Virus record (IMG/VR): IMGVR_UViG_3300032007_000014
Strand: one strand, 5' to 3'
Source of the DNA: a virus
Lineage: Duplodnaviria; Caudoviricetes
Length of the DNA stretch: 64,000 nt
The notes under the pieces: model-generated
The model's database searches: none
Seen by the model: only the letters and a program-made list of their open reading frames with translations
What the model was told of the DNA's origin: nothing
Program-made: the position numbers and the translations under genes
Shown: piece after piece, positions 27,845 to 36,989 of the stretch
Position numbering within the stretch: the first letter of the stretch is position 1
Layout: each line of letters begins with the position of its first letter

Positions 27845-28019
27845 TGTTTAGCATTCCTTTGGTAAGAGGTATATGCTCGACTAGCATCCATCCACGGGAT
27901 GTCCCGTGGATGGATGTTTCTTTATTTGTTTATTTATATCAGGACACCATAACATAGAAGCTTATAAACAATATTCTTCATTGATCAACATCAAATTGTT
28001 AAACAAAGGAACTACCACA

Positions 28020-29807
28020 ATGAATGAGACCAATCTCAATCTTGGTTCCACTCCACTGAATCTTGGTGGAGAAAGCAAACCTGCTGAAACAGCGCAAACT
28101 GTTGTTGTTTCACAACCTGTCGAAGACAAGAAGGACGTTGCGATTCCGCAGACTCCGCAACCTGAACCAACTGTCGATCACACAGAAGATCCACAGGAAC
28201 ATGAAATGGAATCCATCGTGGACGATGATGCACCGGAGGCTCCGCTTCCTCCTGAGAAAGAAACACCTCCCACGGAGAACATCACGATCATTCCTGATCG
28301 TGAGCCTCAGCAAGTTTCTGCCAAAATACAGGTGGAAAAAGAAGCTCCGAAAAAAGAAGAACCTGTCAGTGAACCAGAAGAACAGGTCGATCCTTCTGAA
28401 GGAGAACTTCGTCGCGAATTCGCTGGTCTGTTCAACATCGAACGCCAGAAAGAAACGAAGACAAGTGAGGATGCTGGCATCGACACTATGCTAAACGCAG
28501 TGTCAACTGGAACAAAAGAGGACAATGACAAAGTCATGGATCAGTTCTCTTCGGATGCCGCTCTGCGTAAAGCAGTCGCTGTTCCAGGATCATTCATGCA
28601 GATCCTGTCTGAAGTGATCCAGTACGGGTGGGGAAGTTCCACCATTCAGGCGGATCTTCGTGAGATCCTTGAACACAGCGAGACCTACAAGAAACTAACA
28701 AAACAACCGGATCTCGTTCGTGACTTCTTCACACATGGTGCCAAGTACAACAGCGATGCTCCGACATCTCTGTCTGGAAAGAAGGCACGCATTGCTGTCA
28801 TGGCTCGTATGCGCGGACTTCAGAAAGTCAATTTCCTGAATTCCGGATTCTATGTGATTCTTCGTGCTCCTCAGATGGCGGAACTCCAGGAGTTTGCTTC
28901 TTCTGTCGAAATCGAAGCCACAGAGCTCGGTCACGAACTCGGCAATCATTTCGGTCTGGTGACAGATGTATTCATCAAAGAGAAGTTCATCGAACTCCTC
29001 CAGGATTACAATCTCATCGTGGATTCGAACTTCGCCGACATCAATAAGAAAGGAGCTCTTGCTGAGAACCTTTCGTACTTCGACTATGATGTCGCAATGT
29101 GGGCGTTGGTCAGTCTGATGTATCGCAAGGGTCTTCACACGAAGATTGCTTGCACGCATTGCAAGACTGTGTCGCCGGATGTGTTGATTGACGTTCTTTC
29201 CACCAAGTGGATCAACAATGATCTGTACACGGAAGAGATGATCAACTACTGGTCTCAGAAGACCGATGAGAATGGTCGTCCTGTCATGCGTCAGGTCAAG
29301 GATCTGCAGAACTACCGGAACAACATCGTGAACAGAACCAAGCGCATCATCCAGAAACAGGATGATTACACTCTGGCAATCACGCTCCGCGATCCCACAA
29401 TGGCGAAGTTCATTTCTGTCGGAACGAATCTCGTCAATGATCTGAACAAGACACTGCATGGTCCTTCCAGACTGCGTGAAGATCAGATCAAGATGAAGAG
29501 TATCATCCATCTGTTCCAGATGTACGCACCGTGGGTTGCGAAGATCGAGTTCCTGGATGACAACGGCAAGGTCATGTTCGAAACCGATGACACGCAGTCG
29601 ATCATGGATGCTCTGGATATCAGCAACCAGAAGTACCACGATCTGCTCACGAACATCAGTGAGTACATCTCTGAAGCCAAGATCAACCACATCGGAACCT
29701 TCACGATCGAATGTCCGAATTGCGGCGCCAAGCCCGAGACGAAGTTGGACAACTTCTATCCGCTTGATGTCGAGACAATTTTTTTCGCCCTGTCCTGCCG
29801 GCCATAG
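28020..29807 (+). CDS. baseplate hub/tail assembly chaperone-like protein (T4 gp26-like pattern, two CxxC pairs)
   Basis: Start MNETN with AAGGA RBS; VILRAP, CTHC, ITLRDPT, IECPNCG and terminal FF. Confidence 0.6.
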   Translation: MNETNLNLGSTPLNLGGESKPAETAQTVVVSQPVEDKKDVAIPQTPQPEPTVDHTEDPQEHEMESIVDDDAPEAPLPPEKETPPTENITIIPDREPQQVSAKIQVEKEAPKKEEPVSEPEEQVDPSEGELRREFAGLFNIERQKETKTSEDAGIDTMLNAVSTGTKEDNDKVMDQFSSDAALRKAVAVPGSFMQILSEVIQYGWGSSTIQADLREILEHSETYKKLTKQPDLVRDFFTHGAKYNSDAPTSLSGKKARIAVMARMRGLQKVNFLNSGFYVILRAPQMAELQEFASSVEIEATELGHELGNHFGLVTDVFIKEKFIELLQDYNLIVDSNFADINKKGALAENLSYFDYDVAMWALVSLMYRKGLHTKIACTHCKTVSPDVLIDVLSTKWINNDLYTEEMINYWSQKTDENGRPVMRQVKDLQNYRNNIVNRTKRIIQKQDDYTLAITLRDPTMAKFISVGTNLVNDLNKTLHGPSRLREDQIKMKSIIHLFQMYAPWVAKIEFLDDNGKVMFETDDTQSIMDALDISNQKYHDLLTNISEYISEAKINHIGTFTIECPNCGAKPETKLDNFYPLDVETIFFALSCRP

Positions 29808-29817
29808 TTGGCAGGGC
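29780..29817 (+). promoter_or_regulatory. programmed -1 ribosomal frameshift signal
   Basis: In-frame slippery heptamer T TTT TTC (29780-29786), 5-nt spacer, 11-bp hairpin GUCCUGCCGGC-CAUA-GUUGGCAGGGC; -1 frame open into ORF 29819-30247. Confidence 0.75.
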
Positions 29818-30247
29818 TGTGATAGACGAGCATTACGACGAGTACTATCGCAACGAGATGATTGTCAAGTTCGAGAAGAACTTCAAAGAGCTTGTTAAAG
29901 TCAAAGGTGTTATACGAGATTTCGTATTTCGAGTGTTGTCTAAACAACACTCCATCTGGTGGCAAGGAGATATGTCACCGTATAAGGTGAACCTATGGCA
30001 TTCTCCTGTTCCAGATGGTTATAATAAGCCAACTGCATACATGGATCGTGCATTGGATCTGTGCGAATACGAGATGACACATGACAATTATGGACTCACT
30101 TTCAAAGATCTGATGGAGTTGGATCTTACAACTTTTGAAGAGATTGAACAGCGAGTCCATGAACAAGCTAAAGCTCGTCAAGGAAAGATTGAACAACTCA
30201 CATCTTTTGAAGATGTAGAAAAGAAGTCGAAGAAACAACATGGATGA
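29783..30247 (+). CDS. frameshift-accessed C-terminal extension (G-T type tail chaperone second ORF)
   Basis: Only a GTG start without a clear RBS; lies in the -1 frame of the upstream gene; YGLTFKDLMELDLTTFEEI motif. Confidence 0.65.
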   Translation, partial: FRPVLPAIVGRAVIDEHYDEYYRNEMIVKFEKNFKELVKVKGVIRDFVFRVLSKQHSIWWQGDMSPYKVNLWHSPVPDGYNKPTAYMDRALDLCEYEMTHDNYGLTFKDLMELDLTTFEEIEQRVHEQAKARQGKIEQLTSFEDVEKKSKKQHG

Positions 30248-32111
30248 ATACAGGACCAAAGCTGTCATTGATGCTAACAAGGGAGTGACGAACGTTCTCG
30301 AATCAGAGACCATTCACACGGATCTTGCGAATGTCTATGACAAGATTTACAACACACTGAAGGCTCATTTTGGACCTTACAGTAAGTTCGCGGTTCTGAT
30401 TGACCCTTCTGACGTACTTGCTGATCCCGTCTTTACCAAAGACGGGATCAACATTGTCAGAGCTATTGAATTTGCTTCCCCTATGGAAGAGGAAGTGAAG
30501 AAAATGGTGGCATATATTGGGACGCGAATGGAAACCGCAGTTGGTGACGGTACAACTTCTGCGATGATGTTCACTTGTGCCGTACTCAAGAAACTCATGA
30601 CACACTTGTACTCTAATGAGTATGAGCATTTCTCTCTGAATGAACTCAGACGAGAATATGACAACATCGTTGCTCACATTGAGAGATACATTGATGATCA
30701 CAAGATCACTTGGCAATCTCTTATGGAAAGAGAACATCTTTCCAGACAGGATGCAGTGTATCGTCTCGTGTTTGCACAGGCTTATTCATCGTCACATGGT
30801 GATGTTGAGTTGGCGGATGCTGTTGCAAAGATCTTCTCTGGAACACCTCCTGAATCATGGAAGTGCATGACATTCCAGAGAAGAACATATGAGTCAGAGA
30901 ACAGATTCGATATTGAAGAATCTGAAGGACAATTCGAACTGAAGTGCGATCCAATCGTGAAATCTGTTTTCAATATGGAAATGGGAACGTGGTTGGAATA
31001 TGACGATGCAATTCTTTGCATTGTGAATGATTCTGTCAGATTTGAATCACCAGCGTATGATTCACTGAAGATGATCTATCAGTACGGATTGTCCAAATCT
31101 GATGATGCAAAACGTGACAAACCGATGGTTCTCATCTGTCACAACAGGATCGATGGAACGACATACAACGAACTGATTGAAATGGTGAAGGAATCTCACG
31201 ATACGAAATATCCTTTCACTGTATTCACAGCTGATGTGGAACATCCAACTTGCAATGAGATCACTGTTCTCAAAGCAGTTGCTGGGTTTGATCCATCGAT
31301 CGATAAGGAAGGTTTGTCCTTTGTTGACAACGTGTATGTCAAGTACAAAGGTGACAAACTTGTTCTCGACAGATTGTACGACGAACCAGTTTATGAAGAC
31401 GGTGAGTATGCCATGGAACATCCTTACATCAAGGATCCCAACTATGACTACTACACACATCTTCTGGAGATCTTTGATGAACTTCAATCTGGTTATGATC
31501 GGTTGAAGATGTCTCCAAAAGAGAAGAAAGATCAAGCGAACTATCGAAGACTGTACAACAAACTTCGTTATACGAAGCAGAAGTATCTTGTCATTGGTGG
31601 TTCTTCGTATGACAACCTCGCCATGTTTGACGTCGTTGATGATGTCATTACAGCATGCAGTATCGCATTACAAGAGGGAGTTGTTCCTGCTTGTAATCGT
31701 ATGATCTTCTTTGCTGTGGACAACATGCGAGAATCTTTCTCTGAAGGATTGAGTGAACGAAGATATCATATCTTCAATTCCATTGCCACTTCTGTGCAGA
31801 AAGCCATTATTGAAATGGCGAAAACATCCATTTCCTATGCACCGAAAGGTATATGTAAGATGGATAATCAAGACGGGTTGACTGAACACTACTGGATCAC
31901 GCACTGCGTTGACATCATTGATTTCGATGGAAAAGCAGTTGCGTTGAACGAGATGTTCAAGGGGGACGATAATATGTGTAAACTTATCGTACAACCCGCC
32001 AATGCAGATGTGGCTTTGATGAAGCGGTTCGGTGAACTTGCTCTCAAGTTTGTTCTTGCTGAACGTATTATCATGCGTGGTGGTGCATATCTTGGAGGAG
32101 CGAAGAAATGA
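30240..32111 (+). CDS. divergent GroEL-like chaperonin
   Basis: FGPY, TKDGINIV, VGDGTTSA ATP-binding motif, DDVITA...EGVVP. Confidence 0.8.
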   Translation: MDEYRTKAVIDANKGVTNVLESETIHTDLANVYDKIYNTLKAHFGPYSKFAVLIDPSDVLADPVFTKDGINIVRAIEFASPMEEEVKKMVAYIGTRMETAVGDGTTSAMMFTCAVLKKLMTHLYSNEYEHFSLNELRREYDNIVAHIERYIDDHKITWQSLMEREHLSRQDAVYRLVFAQAYSSSHGDVELADAVAKIFSGTPPESWKCMTFQRRTYESENRFDIEESEGQFELKCDPIVKSVFNMEMGTWLEYDDAILCIVNDSVRFESPAYDSLKMIYQYGLSKSDDAKRDKPMVLICHNRIDGTTYNELIEMVKESHDTKYPFTVFTADVEHPTCNEITVLKAVAGFDPSIDKEGLSFVDNVYVKYKGDKLVLDRLYDEPVYEDGEYAMEHPYIKDPNYDYYTHLLEIFDELQSGYDRLKMSPKEKKDQANYRRLYNKLRYTKQKYLVIGGSSYDNLAMFDVVDDVITACSIALQEGVVPACNRMIFFAVDNMRESFSEGLSERRYHIFNSIATSVQKAIIEMAKTSISYAPKGICKMDNQDGLTEHYWITHCVDIIDFDGKAVALNEMFKGDDNMCKLIVQPANADVALMKRFGELALKFVLAERIIMRGGAYLGGAKK

Positions 32112-32500
32112 GTACAAGTATCAATGGACTTTCCATTGTCAATGGCATGGAAGTGAAATTCTCTACATACAACAGGGTTGATGTGCAGACTTATCGTGGT
32201 ACTGTGGTCGGACTTGTTGGGTTTGATGTGGCGAGAGTTCATGATGATATCATTGCCATTCACAACAACATGGAATCTGAAATTGCGAAGTTGCAGATTG
32301 TCGCACAGCAATTCATTCTGCTCAAAACAGCAGATGGTGCGATCAGACCATTTGCAACCTGTTGGATCAAAGCATCATCATTCGAACGCACTGACAATAC
32401 TGCAGATTGCAGAATGGTCATCTACGGTGTGACTGAATATGAAGCTGCTAAGATCATGACATACATTCGTGATCTCGGATTCGAATGTGAGAAGATCTGA
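32108..32500 (+). CDS. hypothetical beta-rich protein
   Basis: 130 aa, ATGA overlap with the chaperonin, GGAGG RBS. Confidence 0.75.
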   Translation: MSTSINGLSIVNGMEVKFSTYNRVDVQTYRGTVVGLVGFDVARVHDDIIAIHNNMESEIAKLQIVAQQFILLKTADGAIRPFATCWIKASSFERTDNTADCRMVIYGVTEYEAAKIMTYIRDLGFECEKI

Positions 32501-32510
32501 AACAATAGAA

Positions 32511-32544
32511 CATCTACCCTCCGGATTCCTCCGGAGGGTAGATG
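32511..32544. terminator. bidirectional terminator-like inverted repeat
   Basis: CATCTACCCTCCGGA-N4-TCCGGAGGGTAGATG between convergent genes. Confidence 0.8.
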
Positions 32545-32562
32545 CTTATTTGTTTGTTTTGA

Positions 32563-33075
32563 TTACTGGACTTTCATGACGCCCAGTTTGAAGACATTGG
32601 GACTCATCTTCATGATGTCGTTAAACGAACGCTGCATGACGATGCCTGGGTCCGCACCTTCCGGAGTTGCATGTGATGCTGTGCTCTTTGATCCTTCGAC
32701 TTTCGGATCATAATCGATGTTGACATCGACAGTGCGTGCAGCAGTATCGATCCAGATCCACATGATGTTCCACTTGCGTCCAAGGTAATACAGACGGATT
32801 TCCTGGACGTAGCGGAGAATCATGAAGTATGCTTTGTCGTCGATCGCGTTGCGGACATACGTGTACTTTTCACCATCTTCGGAGGTGTAGAACGGCGTTG
32901 CCGCTGCCCATGCAACAGGGCACTCGATGTAGATCAGACCTTTGGTGAAACCAAGTCTCTTGAGCATACTGAATGCCCATGAGGTGACAGGTTCAATATT
33001 CGGTTCTTTCGGAGCATTGTTGTTTCCGAATAACCATCCTTCCTGTGAAGGATCGATTTTCTTTTTGAACTTCAT
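32563..33075 (-). CDS. putative head protein
   Basis: 170 aa; SQE-G putative prohead protease site near the N-terminus. Confidence 0.65.
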   Translation of the reverse strand: MKFKKKIDPSQEGWLFGNNNAPKEPNIEPVTSWAFSMLKRLGFTKGLIYIECPVAWAAATPFYTSEDGEKYTYVRNAIDDKAYFMILRYVQEIRLYYLGRKWNIMWIWIDTAARTVDVNIDYDPKVEGSKSTASHATPEGADPGIVMQRSFNDIMKMSPNVFKLGVMKVQ

Positions 33076-33083
33076 GGTTTACC

Positions 33084-34169
33084 TCACTTGAACTGAGAAA
33101 GCCACTGTGCGACTTCCTGCAGGCGTTGGTTGTAGACATTGCAGAAATTCGAAACGATCGAAACCTGCGTGATCAGGATATTGACGATATTCAGAATCGA
33201 CTGACAACGTGTTGCCCTTTCGGAAGACACGGTCATCTGATTCATATCTTTCTTCTTCTTGGCGGCATTGTACTCAGCCTTTGCAGTGCGAAGAAGAGTA
33301 TCAACTGCAGTCTCGAGAGACGAGATGATGTTCTGTCCAGCTGTGATGCTGGTCATGACACCAGCAATGTTGGCGTCAACGCCGCTCTGCGAGAGATTCA
33401 GCCAATCACGAAGTTCAAGACGTTCGAGTTGGAATTCACCGAACTGGATCTTTCCTGTTTCGTGATCGATGGTGCATCCATGGTTCGCATTGAGGAACGT
33501 TCCTGTGATCACCTGTGCAACTGCATCGGTGACTTGGATTCGACCCATGAGGATGTCCTGCTGAATGACACCATTGCTGAGCTTCACAGCAATCGCACTG
33601 ATGACATCAACGCGCTGTTTGAGATGATCCCAGCGAGGAACTTCAGATGCGAATTTGTGTTCAGGAACTTTGAGAATGGCATCTTCGAAGTTGTTGGCGA
33701 ACTTCATGATCATGCTGCTCGATGCACGTGCCTTGTCGATGTCCTCTTTCTTGATGAATCCGACTTTCTTGAGGAAAGCGAACAGTCTCGTGAGAGCATT
33801 GACGATGAATTCCCAGATCTTGAGAGCCCACTCTTGCAGAGTGTCAATCAGTCCCTGCATGCACACATCTTTCTTGTGCGCAACTGTTCCGATCAGATCG
33901 GAAGGAGTGATACCGATGAACTCCATGAAGTTGCCATCGGAGTTGACGATGTCAAGCCAGGTGTCGCTGTAACCAGCGGCTTCGAGTGATGCGATACACT
34001 GATCGCAATCCTTGATAACGGACAGCGCCATTTCAACCTTGTCAAGACAAGGACGCATGATCTCACTGTACGACCCGATACCAAGTGCGATGTTCTGAAT
34101 GTCAGATGCTGCATCAACTGCAGATTTGACAGGTTCAGATTTCTTCGCGTAGTTCGATGTCAGTTGCAT
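33084..34169 (-). CDS. putative internal head (inner-body-like) protein
   Basis: ASLEA site, amphipathic W..KIWEFI..L..LF segment, helical C-terminus typical of phiKZ head proteins. Confidence 0.65.
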   Translation of the reverse strand: MQLTSNYAKKSEPVKSAVDAASDIQNIALGIGSYSEIMRPCLDKVEMALSVIKDCDQCIASLEAAGYSDTWLDIVNSDGNFMEFIGITPSDLIGTVAHKKDVCMQGLIDTLQEWALKIWEFIVNALTRLFAFLKKVGFIKKEDIDKARASSSMIMKFANNFEDAILKVPEHKFASEVPRWDHLKQRVDVISAIAVKLSNGVIQQDILMGRIQVTDAVAQVITGTFLNANHGCTIDHETGKIQFGEFQLERLELRDWLNLSQSGVDANIAGVMTSITAGQNIISSLETAVDTLLRTAKAEYNAAKKKKDMNQMTVSSERATRCQSILNIVNILITQVSIVSNFCNVYNQRLQEVAQWLSQFK

Positions 34170-34175
34170 TGTGAT

Positions 34176-35711
34176 TTATCCTTTTGCCAATTGTTGGAAT
34201 TTTTCGCCATAGAAGCTGATGAGATTGTTCGACAGATTGTCAAGTTGATTGATCAGCTCTTCGATTTCCGGAACAACACGTCCGTGGACAATAATGTCGA
34301 TCCAAGATGTAATACTCAGATATTTGAGAATGATCTTGTATCTGGCATATTGTTTCGCACGGTATCCACTTCGTTCATCATAGTTCTCGATGGACTTGAT
34401 GATCTGTTCGATGTCATTGATGTACTTGTGGATGAATTCAGGATTCGCGTTGTTTGCTTTCAGTCCTTGGATGCTGACTTTCATGATCTCTTTGAATCTA
34501 TCCGCACCATTCGGGTACAGACTGTATGATTTGCTTTTTGCCAAATATGGCATATAAGAGATGATGTGAAGTTTCTCAAATAAGGACATTTGAGTCCGGA
34601 ATTTCCCTGCCTTTATCATACTCATCAGGGCTTCTTTTGAGTACCCAAAGTAGGTGTACATGCGATGCATTTTCTCAAGTCCGGAGACAAGTTCTTTACC
34701 GTATCCATGACGTGTGGCATATGCATCAGCTTCACGTTCCATGAATGTCATGTCACGTTCTGAAGAAAGAACATCACTGTACTTGGTATACTGCGCATCG
34801 CTCATGTATTTGTTGTAGTAAGGATTGTTGAAGAAGTTCTTCGTTCCCTGCCACATACCACGACAGATGTCTTTTGCCATTCCGAACATTGGACTGACGA
34901 ATGTGTTGATTCTCTCAGGATCAGCATTGCTGAAATTGGCACATTCCTTCTCGAAGTTCAACGCTGCTGTTTTGAGTTGCTTCGCATCAGATGCACCCAT
35001 CTTGATTGCTTCATCAGCAATAGCTTCAACAAACTTCATCTTCTCAACAGTTGACGCTTGCTTGTTGAAAGAGTCGAGAAGATTGTCATATTCTGCAACA
35101 TGACAGAATGTGTCTGCCGCATACTCCAGGAGAGAAAGAGTATGTCCTATCTCGTGTAGCATAATGCCTGAGATTTCGCGAGCTGTAAAATTCTCAACAG
35201 GTGTTCCAGCTGGGAAGTTGTCAGTGATGCAGAAAGCCATCTCAAAGTCAAAGAACATTTGACAATGAACCAACTCTTTGAGTTTGTTCCTGACACTTGT
35301 CTTGATACCACCAGTTTTCGGATCAAATGCTTTCACGATGGCGATGAGTTCATCTGCCGTGACAGGAAGTTTGTTTGGAAAACTTCCTCTCGTTCCTGCA
35401 GATTTCACATATTCGATGAATGTTGCTCCCCAGTTTCCAATAAACATGCAAGTAGCGAAATCCGTATCGAAGTTCTGCATGAACTCCATCTCATCAACCC
35501 AGAAGCCAGCATACTTCCAGACTACATCGAAGAACTTCTTCACAGATTTTGTTCTGAAGTAATCGTGTAGTTTGTTTCTGCGATCTGTGGGAGTAAGATC
35601 TTTCAACTTGGTATCACGGTAATCAATCACATCTTGCCAAATGGCATCCAGTTGTTCACCCAACTTGGTGTTGATCTGGAAATCCATGGCTTCCATTGCT
35701 TTTGAAAACAT
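34176..35711 (-). CDS. virion-associated zinc metallopeptidase-like protein
   Basis: MLHEIGH (HExxH), downstream EREADAYA..HGYG, YP..R (M48-like); AMEA site at the N-terminus. Confidence 0.7.
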   Translation of the reverse strand: MFSKAMEAMDFQINTKLGEQLDAIWQDVIDYRDTKLKDLTPTDRRNKLHDYFRTKSVKKFFDVVWKYAGFWVDEMEFMQNFDTDFATCMFIGNWGATFIEYVKSAGTRGSFPNKLPVTADELIAIVKAFDPKTGGIKTSVRNKLKELVHCQMFFDFEMAFCITDNFPAGTPVENFTAREISGIMLHEIGHTLSLLEYAADTFCHVAEYDNLLDSFNKQASTVEKMKFVEAIADEAIKMGASDAKQLKTAALNFEKECANFSNADPERINTFVSPMFGMAKDICRGMWQGTKNFFNNPYYNKYMSDAQYTKYSDVLSSERDMTFMEREADAYATRHGYGKELVSGLEKMHRMYTYFGYSKEALMSMIKAGKFRTQMSLFEKLHIISYMPYLAKSKSYSLYPNGADRFKEIMKVSIQGLKANNANPEFIHKYINDIEQIIKSIENYDERSGYRAKQYARYKIILKYLSITSWIDIIVHGRVVPEIEELINQLDNLSNNLISFYGEKFQQLAKG

Positions 35712-35757
35712 GATATCTCCCTAAGTTATAATGAGTAATTTCCTCTATAAAATTACG

Positions 35758-35768
35758 CATAATATGGC
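35758..35768 (-). promoter_or_regulatory. putative late promoter GCCATATTATG
   Basis: Matches the motif at 1312/59088; upstream of a head-protein operon. Confidence 0.5.
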
Positions 35769-35809
35769 TCAACGCCTGGCTTAGACAAAAAATAAAAGAT
35801 ATTAAAATG

Positions 35810-35843
35810 CAACCCATCCGGACTGTGATGTCCGGATGGGTTG
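35810..35843 (-). terminator. intrinsic terminator
   Basis: CAACCCATCCGGAC-N6-GTCCGGATGGGTTG followed by a U-rich run on the minus strand. Confidence 0.75.
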
Positions 35844-35920
35844 TTTCAGATTGGCGGAACGTGGAATCATTCTGCTCTCGGTGAGCATTACTTTGTTTTG
35901 GTTGATTTTTTTTGAAAAAC

Positions 35921-35971
35921 TTATTTGCCGATCCCGCCACCAAATCCGATGAGAATTGCTACAACGTTCAT
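35921..35971 (-). CDS. 16-aa micropeptide MNVVAILIGFGGGIGK
   Basis: AAGGAGGT RBS and its own early promoter core at 36003-36011. Confidence 0.45.
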   Translation of the reverse strand: MNVVAILIGFGGGIGK

Positions 35972-36038
35972 AGCACCTCCTTATCGGTTTGGTTCTACAT
36001 TTGTAATATATTTCCAAATCGATATGGAGTTCATGACG

Positions 36039-36989
36039 TCATTTCTTATTCTTCTGGATCGCTCTCATGAGATCAATCAGTTCTGAGAAGTATTTGTCCA
36101 TCCACGCAATGCGTGTTGCAACAATCACAAGACCTGATTTGGTGAACTCATAGATCTGATTCTGTGAACTCATCTGTTCCTGAAGTTCAGTCACAACTGC
36201 AGAACTTGCATTGTTACTGATGTTCTTCTCGATCTTGCTTTTCAGCTCTTTCGATTTGTCAAGAACATATTTGTTCAGCTGTTTCAGAGTGGTGGAATCG
36301 TGAGTCGTTGTTAACAGCTCACCAACTGTCGTGTACATCTTGTCGTAATCCCACCCAAGTGCTTTAAGCACTCCAGTTGCTTCCAACGTGGTGAGATCAA
36401 CAATGTTGACGAGTTGAAGGGTATTCTCAATCCTGCAACCAAGTTCAACTTCGCAGTTTGCGAAGAGTTTGTTCGCATGACTGAATTCAACAACTCGTGT
36501 ACTCGACTGAAGAATCAAAACAAGTTTCTTCACTTGTTCGTTGAAACTGTGGAAATCGTTGTAACGAATTGTCAACATTGTGGAGTTGGCAAATTCCTCA
36601 CGCATCTTTTCATCAACGAACTGAAGAATGAATGCTTGTTGTGCGACGAGTTTGCGTTGTGCTCTGAAGTAGATATCGAAGATCAATCTGAACAGATGAA
36701 CGATCTGTTCAATAACCCAAGTGATTGCATTCATCAGACCTTTGAGAATGGCCTTCAGTGAATCACCAATTGGGTTCTTGATCTCGATGAGTGCTTCAGT
36801 GGAAATGATACCTGCTTTTGAGATGTCCTCCAAATAGCACTCAACAGACACCGGAAGTGTCTGTCGATCCATATCAGCAGAGCATGCATTGAACAAAGCA
36901 CAGCCTCGTTCATACAATTTGATCGCACAAGAAAGCTGATCATTCGTATCCAGGAACTCCTGGTAAAGTTGTTCGACTGTCATGATCAA
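36039..36989 (-). CDS. putative internal head protein (paralog-like of 33084-34169)
   Basis: ISTEA site followed by amphipathic L..AITWVIEQI..LF segment. Confidence 0.65.
   Translation of the reverse strand: MIMTVEQLYQEFLDTNDQLSCAIKLYERGCALFNACSADMDRQTLPVSVECYLEDISKAGIISTEALIEIKNPIGDSLKAILKGLMNAITWVIEQIVHLFRLIFDIYFRAQRKLVAQQAFILQFVDEKMREEFANSTMLTIRYNDFHSFNEQVKKLVLILQSSTRVVEFSHANKLFANCEVELGCRIENTLQLVNIVDLTTLEATGVLKALGWDYDKMYTTVGELLTTTHDSTTLKQLNKYVLDKSKELKSKIEKNISNNASSAVVTELQEQMSSQNQIYEFTKSGLVIVATRIAWMDKYFSELIDLMRAIQKNKK

Noticed and set aside
32108-32500. GroES co-chaperonin
   Set aside because: No PLxDRV or mobile-loop motif; adjacency alone is insufficient
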